A stretch of DNA of 64,000 bases from Phoronis australis (lineage: Eukaryota > Animalia > Phoronida): NCBI GenBank assembly GCA_002633005.1, contig NMRA01000065.1, positions 611,066-675,065 of the forward strand. Reading direction: 5' to 3'. The position numbers were made by a program, and so were the translations under genes. The notes beneath the pieces are model-generated. The model did no database searches. It saw only the letters and a list, made by a program, of their open reading frames with translations, and was not told the DNA's origin. The first letter of the stretch is position 1; each line of letters begins with the position of its first letter. Shown here piece by piece: positions 1 through 12,180 of this stretch.

Positions 1-660
1 TGTTGACTGCCGCGTATTTTATTGATGATGTTCCAGTATTCTTTGGAATTCTTGCTTGCGCTGTTAATTTGTTGAAAAAGCTTGTGTCGGTGATCAGCTT
101 TGGCTTGATTTACTAAAGTTTCAACCAGACGTGACTGCTCCTTGTATCTGTTGTAGATTATAGTGTTGTTAGATCTTCTGAAAGAGCTGTAAAGTCTGTT
201 TCTTGTGCGGATTGCCCGTTTAACATTACTGTTGAACCACGGTTTGCTGTTGTGTTTAATTATCTTTTCAGTTGATGGGATGTTGTTTTTTAAGATTTCA
301 TAGAGAGTACTAGTGAAGAGTGAAACAGTGTCATCAATGTCGCCAGTGTTCAATATGGAATCCCAGTCAGTGTTGGTGATATCCTGACGCAGTTTATCGG
401 TGTCGACCTGATCATATTTCCAGTTGGTTCGAGTGGTGTGTTGCTCTTTAACCGGTTTTTTAAGTGTTAGAGTGGTTTCGATAGTGTGGTGATCAGAATT
501 GCCAACAGGAGGTAGTACAGAACATGAGTCAATGATACTCAAATTGTTTGTTATACACAGGTCAATACGTGAATGAGAAACGTCGGTGATACGGGTTGGC
601 TCATTAATTAGTTGTATGCAGTCATTACTTGTACACATATTCGTCAGATCACCCTCACAA
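1..660 (-). mobile_element. CR1/L2-group LINE ORF2 fragment (C-terminus of APE endonuclease plus linker), running off the window start
   Basis: Minus-strand translation QLINEPTRITDVSHSRIDLCITNN...PPVGNSDHHTI...WNYDQVD...KPWFNSNVKRAIRTRNRLY...KEYWNIINK contains the PTR, IDL, SDH and PW motifs of non-LTR ORF2. Confidence 0.85.
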
Positions 661-1625
661 TTTTTACACAAGATTTTAGAAGTCTATGACGTGTGTGTTC
701 AAGACATTGTACTTTATGCATAGTCAATAACAAAAGCTGTTATGACAATACTCAGTTTCCCTACATGTATTTAATCATGGCGCTGCACCATTTTGAAAAG
801 TTCAGAGTCGGTTGAAAAGCTACGACACGAGTTTAGCCATGTGTAGGAATCCACAGTTTTGTCTGCTTTACGAGACAAATAATTAATACAGTGTTGCACA
901 TGTGTTTGCTTTATTATAAATGATAGTGACATACTAAGTAAGTGAAAATAAAATGTAACTATTGCTATTTCTGTAAATACCGAAAAGAAAGATAAGAACG
1001 TGAAAGCATGCAGAGCAGTTTTCTCCATATTTGTATTTTTTCTGGAGAGAACCCAGTTGTACACATGTTTGTGTACTTAGAGCAGACCAAGCGAAAGAAA
1101 GGGCCCGTTAAACATAACTCTGTACTGTTTGCACACCTTGAATGACAGACATTAGCAGCAGAAGTGCGTTTTTATTTTGGTAAGAAAACAACCTATGAAC
1201 CGCGAACAAGTGTATGAAGTCATCATGACGTGGTACAATAAAAAACAATCTACTCGATATTGTGACGTGTCAGTAGGCGACAAAGGTGAAGCCGATTGAA
1301 AATTGGACAAAAGTCGTTGAAAAAGGTATGTAGTACTCGTCAAGTATTTAAAATACCTTTAAATGTTGAAGTGTAGTATTCATTTGAAAGTGAATTGCCT
1401 CTAGAGATACGACTATAAAACCTTAATAAGATTATTTTATGAACGCAAGAATGAAAATAATGAATTCTTGTTTAAGCTAGTACCTCATGTAAGATACAAT
1501 AAATTACAAAATATAATGCAACGTTTATGCACTTTCCAGATAAATCACGATACCGACGTGTAAAGTAAGGCTATTAAATGATCACATTGCTTTATTTTAG
1601 AGATAATCTGCGCTTTGACACCGAT

Positions 1626-1785
1626 ATGGATTTGTTATATATCGGAATGTTACTCATTGTTGGAGGATGTTGGTCCGAAGCTCGACCAATAGAGGGGGAA
1701 TTCTACAAGACAGTGATTGTGGCGCCTCGCACGCCCCTGTCGTCTCCAGAGTTATCTTCAGTGGATGACATCGACAAACAGAATG
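1626..1785 (+). CDS. Orphan small type-I membrane protein, coding exon 1 (signal peptide plus short Ser/Pro-rich ectodomain)
   Basis: Acceptor tttattttag ends at 1600 and ATG is at 1626. Translation MDLLYIGMLLIVGGCWSEARP...DIDKQN. Phase-1 donor G|gtaagt at 1785/1786. Confidence 0.7.
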
Positions 1786-2077
1786 GTAAGTGGTTTGTCT
1801 TGGTCTCACACCATAGGTAATTAGCACGTACCAGTTCTGTTAATACTTGTTTTTAGTATATCCGTATGCAATCAGCTTGCCTCGTAAACACACATGTTCC
1901 GTGGGCTTCTCAACCACCAAAGCTTCTGTAAAATTCGTGTTTCCTTAAATCCTAGACTTTGGATGAATTAAAGGGAAATTTTCACGTAACACGTGTTTAT
2001 AGTGCAGATCGTGTTCTTTTCGTGCATTCTGTCGCTATTGAATGCCCGACTGAAATCTTCGTTTCCTTCTTTTGCAG

Positions 2078-2307
2078 AGATCTTGGCGTTCTATTTGACA
2101 TCAGCAGTCAACGCCACTGGACTACTTGTCGTTGTCGTTGCCATGGCAATCTTCGTCCAAGACCTTAGAGGTCCTGTATACTACATAAAGCCAAATCGCA
2201 ATCCCGAAATGCACGAATGCTACAAGAAGTCAATTCGTAATCCCAAAATACATCTAAACCTGACCAGGAGACCAATGAAAGCCGACACAATCGTTCACAT
2301 GGTCTAA
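2078..2307 (+). CDS. Orphan small type-I membrane protein, coding exon 2 (TM helix plus cytoplasmic tail)
   Basis: Polypyrimidine acceptor ttccttcttttgcag|AG is phase-compatible with exon 1 (G+AG = Glu). Translation ILAFYLTSAVNATGLLVVVVAMAIFV then a basic tail to TAA. AATAAA near 2843. Confidence 0.7.
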
Positions 2308-3059
2308 GACGTCACCAAAGGGACTTCCGGACAACGAAATGACTATATTTTATTCTTCTTTCCGTTTGTTTGCCAAGACAAAGTGATGAAGCTGTTTAAA
2401 AGACTATTTTCTTTGTTATTTAGAAATCCTTAAATCCATTTACCTCTTCTACGTGTATTTTCGTTGTTTTGTCGAAATGTGAAGATGCCTTATTTTATTA
2501 TCGCAGATATTGAAACACGTCAACTATTACACCTGCTATTCGTGAAACGCTAGTAACAACAGTGACACCGCCTGGCTACCCATAAACCTCCTCTTGCACG
2601 GAAGCCATCATTAAATATGTCCTCTTCCAGCATGCCACAGGTCTTAGCCAGGTCTGGTCGCTACCGTTGTTTCTGAGGGTTGCACAGAACTGAACGTGTA
2701 TTTAATATCCAATTCCTTCTAATTTAATATTTTGAACGGTTTTCAATTAAGTTCCAATCCGTCATCTATCAAAGCTGTTGATACTTGTTTTATTTTGAAA
2801 ACTTTGTTAATCTTTTAATTGTAATTCCTTGTAATCTAGTCGAATAAAACACGCTTCATCAAGATGGCTTTTCTTTCTCACAATAATGTAGCCCACACTG
2901 ATTCAAATATCACCGAGAACGAAACAAGATTTCCATAATAAGGTGTTTTTGAATCAATGGGAGTGCTTTCAGAAACTGTGTGGCGGTGCTGTGACCAAGT
3001 CAGTTGCAGGTTGCCCGCCAGTGGTCACTCACGGACGAAGAATATCCTTTTATGGAAAC

Positions 3060-3860
3060 TCCAGCAACTGAAGGATAGACTGGATGTTGAATGCAAACTC
3101 CCAACTTCATATTTGGGCTTAAGAAAATCTTACGGACATATTTAAGAGAAAAAAATGTTTCCTTTAATGTTGTCTTATCAAAGTTTTCTCAACTTTTACA
3201 CCTTTTCTCCAAGAAACCAAATAAATCTATTGATGATTCTTTTCATATATCCATAAAAATGAGAGATAAGGCAAAGTGGAAACTGGCGCTTAATTCCCAT
3301 GTGACTAATGAATGGAACAAGAAAGTCCATATTCGCTCGATTAATTTTAGCGTTGACACAAAATTGAAATGGTTTCAAATGCGTTAGGAAACAGATTTTT
3401 ATGTAAGCCTGGAATGTAGCTTTTGTACAAAAGAACCATAGAATTTTATTTGTCTGTACTGGCCTTGTGAATTAGTTCGTTCCTTTTGGTCTTCACTATT
3501 TTGATGCCTAAATGACTTATTCTTAAATGTCTCGAGTCAGTTTGTCATCTTCGGCAAGTTTTCAGAATCACATGTATTTTAGTACATTAAATATATATCT
3601 AGTCTTGGTGAATATCACTTACATCACCGGATATTAACGAATCTTAAGCCATGTGCGGATTACTTAAGAACAGTTTTTTTTTGAGTATTACAAAACAGAA
3701 AACTACACATACCAAAAACTGGGGCTATTATAATTTTAACAACAGATGGTTGCAATAGACCTTTTATTTGCTGGTTAATGCACAAGTTTACAAGTCTTGG
3801 GAGGTCACATGAGTGAATTCAAGTGTTCTTGTGTAATAATCTTACAATCAATAAAAAATC
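3060..3860 (+). mobile_element. Decayed 3' end of an L1/Tx1-type LINE (zf-RVT region)
   Basis: TKLKWFQMR*...ECSFCTKEP*NFICLYWPCELVRSFW is a degenerate zf-RVT CxxC..E..H..C..W motif with in-frame stops. It ends at caataaaaaa near 3850. Confidence 0.7.
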
Positions 3861-4771
3861 ATACAGTCGAAACTCTCACATTATTAACTTTGTTCACTGG
3901 ATACCTGGTATGACTAATAAGTCACCAGCGTGCAGGTTCGACATTGAGTTGTACTGGTATACACTGGGTCACAGCTTAGTGAAACGGCGACTCTAGTGAA
4001 TCTGCCTCTACTCGAGCGAGCTGAGCCAACGTGTTCAGCTGCGAACAGAACGTTTAAGAAGTTCAGAAAAAGAGGTAGCGATAGTCATCGTTGAACTTAA
4101 CCTAATCCCTGAGCCAGACAACCCCAGTTCACACAAGCGACACAAGCTCATAAAGGTCTTTGCGGACTGCCCGAAACTATACCTTCGACATTCCGCACAT
4201 CCGTATCCCTTTGCAGAGTTATTTTGTGTTTTTGTACTAGATTTCACTGCCTATTACATACTAGAGTGGGTGATTACAATTGTCAAGTCTTTCACCAGCC
4301 TTTCTTCCTCTTTCTTATAAGCCATTGAGCAACATGGGGCAACAAATCTCGTTTTGGCGATACTAGCGACACTCTTCCCCGCAAGTAGAGGGAATGGGTC
4401 CCATTTTTTATAATCGACATGAAACTAACACCCAACGCTTGTCTTATCAAAAGCTCGAGACCTATTGTTTTGGGGCGAAATCGGACAAAAGATGGCGCTG
4501 TGATAGCCGGGTAGCTGCTGTTTTTGCTTTCTAAGTTTTTCAGTCAATTTCGTCAATTATCGATCCTCATAAAGCTTTCACTTATTTCGTTATCGCACTT
4601 TTGTTCGCTTTCCGATAATTACCCGTACACGATACGTGTACTTACCGGCACAGGACTGTACACAAATTACATCTTATTGCTATGAGCAGATGTGTTGGTA
4701 GGGGCCCCGGTGCACTGCTTTGCCTGGCAACTGTGCTAATGTACTGGACATTGCTACATTCAGAACGCAAA

Positions 4772-5170
4772 ATGAATGTTGAGAAATTTTTCGAAGAAAC
4801 AGGAGGATTTGGGAACTTCCAGAAACTACAATACAGCTTGTTGTCGCTATGTGGGCTTTTCAGTGCATTTTCCACGATGTCATACGTCTTTGTGACCGCT
4901 GTTCCCGACCACTGGTGCGCTTCGCCTGTGGAATTCATGAACTTATCTGTCGAGGAGAGAAAAGCTCTAACCATACCGGTCAAGAGTTCGAAAGAATACA
5001 GCCAATGCATGATGTTTGACTGGTCGAGAATGAACAACAGCAACAGCGGACATGCCACTGTTTCCCACGATATGTTAGGATACTCGGTAAATGTTTCGTC
5101 TCTACCTGTTAAGAAGTGTTCTTCATGGGAATACGACAGGTCGGTGTATACCAATACTGTTGTCATGGAG
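4772..5170 (+). CDS. SLC22-family organic ion transporter, exon 1 (TM1 plus Cys-rich extracellular loop)
   Basis: MNVEKFFEETGGFGNFQ...PDHWC...C...CSSWEYDRSVYTNTVVME. Donor GAG|gtaaga, phase 0. Confidence 0.95.
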
Positions 5171-5858
5171 GTAAGATCTCGTGAAGCTAAAGAGCGCGTT
5201 CCGTAACCTGCACTTTACTTACAACATTGCGTAATCACAATCTTCCTTTTTGCACCGAGACCATTGTTCAACTCCTGTTCACTCATTCCACATTACTCAC
5301 TCTGTCGGTTGACCTCCATTACACCTAGATCTTATCTATAGGCGTAAGAAGCGGGAGAAAGGTAAGTGAATGCACCCCCGAAGTTGGGAGACAGCTCCCG
5401 CCGCCTACGAACAATCGTTTGAGTGAAGTTGTGCAGCCAATCTACTCTTCCCTGGCGTTCATCCGGGGACGACTTAATGTTGACTCCGAAATTCAACTCA
5501 TTAAACACTGTGCGAAGGGTAGCAGAATCTCATAATTTGGCAAAATCTACTATTCTAAAGGGCAGTTTTTGATCACCATTGGGTAACATGCTGGTCTACG
5601 TCGCGATTAAATCGTTTGCTTTTACCGATGGCAACAAAAAGAGGACTTTTCCTTTTCGAGTACTGACACCAGTGAAGGCATCCCTCCCGCACCCGAAACT
5701 GATAGCATTTGGGTAAAACAAACTCCACATCATAATACGCGTCTCTGATGGATTTTATTTTTTGAAAAGGGCGAAACTTTAATACACCATTTCACCGCTT
5801 CGCCTTTCAAAAAGCACAAGAACTAACTATATTCTTTTGCCTCACCAATTGTTTGCAG

Positions 5859-5962
5859 TGGGATCTGGTGTGTGGGCGTGAGTGGATAGTTGCTTCCATA
5901 GGCGCTAGCATGGGAATAGGCAAGCTAGTCTTCGCCTTTGTCGCGGGAGTGCTTAGTGACAG
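5859..5962 (+). CDS. SLC22 exon 2
   Basis: ttgcag|WDLVCGREW...GVLSD(R)|gtaaat; 104 nt. Confidence 0.95.
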
Positions 5963-8739
5963 GTAAATACAAAGACATTTTGACTTTTAGGTGTAACGAA
6001 AAATAAAACGAATTCCAACTGCAACATGAACAAATAATGGCTTATCAGAGCAACATGGCGCAAGAGTTAGTTGTTGGCTGACCGGCAACATGGCGACAGG
6101 GGCCATGACAATGATAATGGCTTGGAAAATGTCTCTTACACCATGAACTCCGTCAGAAGGCCGCAATTTGTGAACACGTTCACTTTTACTTGTTCCCTTT
6201 CAAAAAAAACATCTCTTTAAGCAAATAACACCACAAGGCAAAAATTAGAACCATCTCAAATCCGATTTCTTCAGGTATCTCCCCCAAGGGGGTTTGGCTA
6301 AGTTGTCACCCCTGTTCCTTTTTAAATAAGAAAAACTATATTTGCTTACAATTTTCTTACCAAAGACTAGTGCACTTTGATTATTCTGATATTTTCAACC
6401 GTAAATATCCTGTTGGGAGAAGACACGTGTCTTTTCACCTATGGTCAGTGAATTCGACGGAACTGAAAGTAGACTGGTCGTGTGTATATCGTGAATTTTC
6501 ATAATTTATGCTAATTAAGGCCACCACAACTGAACATTCCACATAGGCCCACACATGAATAATTAATTTAGTGAGACCAGCTTGCAGGTTGTCGTACTGT
6601 AAATGTTCAGAAGTTATGCAAATAAAGGCTTTCACGAATTAAAACTGTTTCTTCTCTTGACTTGTATTATTCAGAGTAGAAAACTGGTTCTCATGCGCGT
6701 AGAATTAATGAAAAACTGTATCGCCAAGCCCGCAGTCATATTAAACTCCGCAGCAGCTCCGTACTAGGTAATGTAAAGTAGGCCCTATGGAGAAAAGACT
6801 GATGTTAATCAAGCTTTTCATTAGTTTCTGTCACTTAAAACTTCAATTTTTCCTGAAGATGTCAGCCTACACGCGCTTGTGGGAATGATAAATCTTAGCG
6901 TGAAAAGGTCGACTCTCGTGTACTGCGTTTCTTTAAAGACGTGCCTTTTTGAAGCATTTCTATCAATTACGTACCCTCACAAATAAGCTGTGATAAAACT
7001 GTCGACTTTCTACAATTTTTCAACACCACAAGCGGAAATGAGAGTTTCCGCCAAAAAGTGCAAACAGCAATAATTTTTTGAACCCGACATATGCGCACCC
7101 GGGGGGGCGGGAGGCTCTGCGGCTCGTTTGGCGAAGTGGACAAAAAGATATACCCCGAAAAAGTAGAAAACCATACAAAGGAAGGAACTGCCTACATTTA
7201 ACGAATGCAAAATTCATAGCTGTGAACGTACCCCTTTTTTAGTAATAGGTCCGTATTTTCAAAAATTCGAGCCTTCCGTTTTAGGCTATGTGAGCGCATG
7301 CCCGAGCGCTTTACGGCTAAGAGGTGGCGGTTCACGGAATAACAATTCACGTGCTGCTTTTGCACTGATAGACCGGGATCCCAGAGCTTTTTTGGGCATG
7401 AAAAGGTAACCAATTTTCTTTGGTGCCTCAGTGCTCTATGGGTATCCTGATGCTTGGAAATGGTCGTCTGGCAGGCTCATTCTGGTGGGTGTGGTCAGGG
7501 GAGCCAAGAGAATGACAGTCAAAAATTGAGCTAGATCAACTTTTCTGGTAACCACTTCAAACTGCCTTGGATACCTTCAACGTAATCCACTCTATCAAAA
7601 TTGGTCACTGCCAGACAATTTTAATGGTGGGGAGTATCAGCCAGACGGAAATAAACAAGGTAAAAAATTGAGCTTCCCGAGTTGAGCTACATCAATCCAT
7701 CAGGTAACCGTTTGAAACCAATTGCACGATGTTCAGCATCTCTGTACATGGCACAACTATTAGACGCCAGGCAATTTCAGTGGTGGGGTGCCCATGCCAG
7801 ACGATTATCAAAAAGGGTTAAAAATTCGAGCTAGATCAACCCAAGAGGTAACCGTTAAAACCAGTTCCAAAATATTCACGTAAGCCAGGTATCACGAATA
7901 AATACTGCCAGACAAATCTAGTTGTGGGTTATCCCCGCCAGACACGCCCAAGTACCTGAGTTGAGCTAAATCAACCCACCAGGTAACCGTTTGAAACCAA
8001 TCGTTCGATGTTCAGCATCATTGCAAGTGGCACAACAGTAAGATGCCCCAATCAGACAGGTAAAGACTCTAAACAAAATTGATTATAAACCTATTCGCAA
8101 TTAATAAGCATCACACTGAGGAACCAAACACTTCGAATTTTAATAAAGCCACTGAGTCCGTACGACATAGCTAGGTTACCACACAAGGCGAAAGATTTTT
8201 GTCCGTAAGTTTACGTCACGGCATGAAAACCAGAAACATCGCGCCTGATGTTGCAGCGACCTCACAAGTCCATGCGAAAACAGTGGAATACTACACATTA
8301 TTCACTATTAAAAACAAAACCTAAAAACCTGTCCGAGACATACATGTATAGCACATTGTGTTTTTCGTTGTCCTATTTTACCAGTCTAAGCTGCGTACCT
8401 CTGTTTTCGGACGAGTCACTTGATACAACTTCTAAAACTAATAGTAATCGAAATGCCGTCTTTTGCTGTAGTCTGCGCGCCAACTACCTTCATTTCACAC
8501 AGTGATTAATGACAAATTTGGAAAAACTGATCAGTTTTGGGCAATTTCCATCTTTATCAAAAACCGAGCCCACACAGAACTCCAGAGATGCGTCAAGAAC
8601 AATGACGTCAGTAGCTATATCAACATTTTCCCGACTATGCTAGATGTATTCTTTGCCCTGAACCACCCAAACTACGCCAGATGAGGAACATTGTTTTACC
8701 AAAAGTTGAAATTCGCAGACCCAATATTAGGTGAAGTGC

Positions 8740-8893
8740 GGGCGTGCGTTCAGTAACGCTAGGACCTACGCTAGGACCTAGCTTAAAATCTAGTTAAAGT
8801 CACGTGTTCTCACTTAAAATACACGGCAATTTCTCACGTAATCTCGCGAAGTTTTGCTTTTTAGCGAGGTCCTAGCGTTACTGAACAGGAAGC
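8740..8893. mobile_element. ~150-bp MITE interrupting the Academ transposase remnant; further copies at about 44695-44830 (inverted) and 51767-51920
   Basis: TIR gttcagtaacgctaggacct / aggtcctagcgttactgaac. The interior is closely similar in the three copies. Confidence 0.8.
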
Positions 8894-10009
8894 TGGTAAA
8901 CGGGGCGTTCTCAGTGCTTGTACGTACGAGGAAGAACTTCAGTAGATCGGCTGTTGACCTCTTTTTGGGACAGTCCATGGGTGTTCACCAAAAAGGCTGA
9001 AAACACCTCTGTGGCACCTGATATTTAGTACGTACGGTAGTGTTAGTTTTCTTGGAAACTATCAAAGCTGTAAAACATTCCATTCATGTTGTGAACATGT
9101 TATTCACTGTTCGTGGGTATAACGAGTCCTCATAGTTTTTCAGTTTAGTTAGATTGACAATCATTTCATTTGCACGACACAGATATGCGGGCAATTGAAC
9201 TGTTCGCTTTTTGTCTTTATAGTAATTATAAAACACGTTTGAATTAATTATTCACAGTTAGTAATAATTTTGAATTTGCCTCCTATTCAAAGCGCTTCAC
9301 GTGTCATCGGGTCGTACTCGGCAAACTTCGCCCGAGTGCCGCTGTTAGTGTACATGACAGGATCGTGCATATGAAAAGAGGAGGCACTATGTTATTCATA
9401 AACCACGCTCGTGGTGGCTACACCAAAGGGTAGCAAGTGAGTCCGGATGTGAATGTCCATACCTAAGCACAAAAGTCTAGCCCTACAACTTCAGTAAGCT
9501 ACATGTTTTGCATATAGCAGTGAGAGAGCTCCCAAAAAATAGTGCAGTGTGAATGCCTTAAACTAGGCCAAGAAACAAAACATCAGAGAACTGAGATTTG
9601 TTATTGTGCTATTTTGGTTTTAATTGTAAGCATAGTATGGTAGAGTTGTAGACATTTTCAATTTTTTGAGTTGAAAGTGATCGTCAAAAATCCAAATATG
9701 TTGTTCATCCAGTGTCCACTTTGATTGTGGATTGGTGGATTGACATGCATGCCTGTACACGTTTGAACGTTTCTGGTCTTTTAAATTCGCTAAGTTCATT
9801 ATAGGCAGTCTTCCGTCGTGCTAAAAAACCAGACATTCAACTACCGCGTTTTCTTGCACTGAGAATACACTGTTCAGCATTTTCACGTTATGATGGAAAA
9901 GTAGGCGTAGACCACAACTTTGGTCAATGAAAATCTTCTCTAGTCAATCGATGTCAATGGTGCACAACCCTGCAGACTTACGAGCTACAAACTTGATGGA
10001 AAAGATTTC

Positions 10010-11136
10010 CAACGTTCCATGTCACTATGACGAAGGTTTAATACTCCGAATGTCCAGTACTCCGAATGCCCAATAATCCGAAGGTTCGTTATCTTCTAAA
10101 ATTCACTACTTTGAATTCCACTATTCTAAAACCATGGCCCGGTCTCTAATCATTGTGCTCCAAATGAATTTCTCTGCTTCTTTTGTGCTAACTCTAGAAA
10201 AGTTGTCATCAGACAGTTCTCGAATAATTATAGTCAATGCAAATGAGTTTCTAGTCCAAGTTTGCACTTAAAAACCCTGATATTCGTGCTACAAACTCGA
10301 GTAAAAACTCGACATTTCGAGTTCAAACTCTAACTTTTAGCCTTAATAATGGATTTGTCAACTGCAAACTAGGACTAATAAATAATCCACGTAAGTCATT
10401 ATGTACTCTAGCATAAGAGTAATAGACACTTATCTTGACTTCGCACAAAAGTGGAGTAAAATTGCCAAACATAATTTCGAGTTCCATTTCGAGTAAAATG
10501 ATTCGAGACTGGGCCCAGAACTCCGACAGTTCACTGCCGTGATTGCTTGATCACGACTCATTCTCAAGCAGAGACAACATCTGGGGCACGGCTATGGCGA
10601 CCAATGGCGGTTTCAAATTTAAGAAGACAAAATGGGACTCCCTGATTTCGTGAGATGTGGCAGGGACAGGGTGGCCTTCTAACTTCATTTAGTTTCGACC
10701 TGGCCATGTGCGTCGCGCTGCGATTCGATCTTGTCATGGATTTGATGAATTGTGTCATAGTTGATAATTCATCAGTATTCCTACCCCATATCATTTTAAA
10801 ATGCAAGTGCGTACTCATTTTAAGACATGCGGGCAATTTCGCATGCATATGGAATCTGACTACAATTTTTAGTTGTGCTGGCCAGCTGGATACGGTGGTC
10901 ACATGAAATCCAAACCAAGTGTTTTAGTGCCCAGGTGTTGTTTTCGGTATAGGTGCATCTAATAACCGAAATATTGTTTATTTTTGCATGTAAAAGTTTA
11001 AAAATCTCATCTGAGTTTGAAAGTTTAGATATTTTGGGATCGGTGAATTTATGGAGTGGTGAATCGTCGAACTAGTGAACCTTCGGGGTAGTGAACCTTA
11101 CGAGTAGTAAACATTTGAAATAGTGGGATGTTCCCA
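10010..11136. mobile_element. Non-autonomous element whose TIRs are built of ~15-nt (..CCGAA..) subunits; possibly Mutator-like
   Basis: Left arm repeats actccgaa/aatccgaaggttc. Right arm repeats tagtgaaccttcg in inverted orientation. The sequence atttcca occurs on both flanks. Confidence 0.5.
10136..10516. mobile_element. Harbinger-like MITE nested in the previous element
   Basis: TIR ggcccggtctctaatcatt / aatgattcgagactgggcc. Confidence 0.55.
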
Positions 11137-11159
11137 TTTCCAGCGATGTAAGCAACTTA

Positions 11160-12180
11160 AACACTACACACCATGGATTTTTGCACATTTTGAATTACCG
11201 GTGGCCACAGACTAAATGTATGACGTAAAATTTAGCTAAACCCATGTTTATTTTGTGTAATTACCTCGAAATTTTGATTTTTCTTTCAATTTTGCCAATT
11301 TAACATTTCCCGCCATGTGACGTCATGGGTTGAACACAAGAGATCAGTGACTAGCATTGAACAATGGCGGAGAGCAGTGACTTTGAAAGCGACGACGATT
11401 ATGAGCAAGAATTGAACGAATACTATGAAGAAACGTTCGGGAATGGTGGCGAGGATGAGGAAATGGGGTTGCACGAAAGCGAGAATAAGTTTAATGTGCT
11501 TCCGGCTGCGTACTTTTCTACTTAGAGCCTTAAGAACTGGATCCTCCCGCGAGAGAAGCGGCCTCGGGCTTGGCGAGTCAACCCAGTCATCCAACAGACG
11601 ATCCTGAATTAAGAGCTGATGTTTCTGAATGATAAATATTGTCTTTTATTGAACCAGGCCTTCATGGTAACATCTCCTCTGATTGGAGTCGAAACACGAG
11701 TCCTCAAAGTGGGCAGAACACAGAGTGGCCCCGGACCGAATCGCTTGGTCCACGATGACGTCCCACACTCTCGTTTGGCGCACGAAGCGATGCCACTTCT
11801 GCACAACTTTGTGTCCTTCGGAACACCGAGACGTTCTCCGCCTGACTGCTGTTGCTGTAGCCTCCGGAAACACATCTTTTAATCCCTCTACGAACCTTGT
11901 CGACGCTAAATATACTTTGGTTTCTCCTCACTCTATGCACTTTGTCTCTGATCCGAACAGTATGGCGAACGACTTGGGTTCAACCCATGACGTAATACAT
12001 AATTATTATTTTTCAATTTTTGCGTGTTTCTTTATGAGCTGTGCACTAAAGGCACTGAAATCTAGTAAGATATAATAATAAAATTTATTTGAGGTACCAG
12101 AGTCATGTTGTGTACACTTTTAGTAACACGCTAAAATAGAACCAGATAAACAATTTTGTGAAATCATTCGCAGACTAAAC
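11160..12180. mobile_element. Kolobok-like deletion derivative: frameshifted THAP domain (-) convergent with an acidic ORF start (+); boundaries approximate
   Basis: Minus strand KRCVSGGYSN../KWHRFVRQTRVW...LCSAHFEDSCF is a THAP domain (about 11650-11885). Plus strand ATG 11364 gives MAESSDFESDDDYEQELNEYYEE.... A 23-bp inverted motif lies at 11318-11340 and 11973-11995. Confidence 0.6.

Noticed and set aside
4682-4771. 30-aa N-terminal extension of SLC22 from ATG 4682
   Set aside because: Family similarity starts at M4772, and a splice acceptor (tacattcag) lies just upstream at 4763, suggesting a 5' UTR intron.
4642-5166. 174-aa minus-strand ORF
   Set aside because: It is the antisense shadow of SLC22 exon 1 and has no recognisable motifs.
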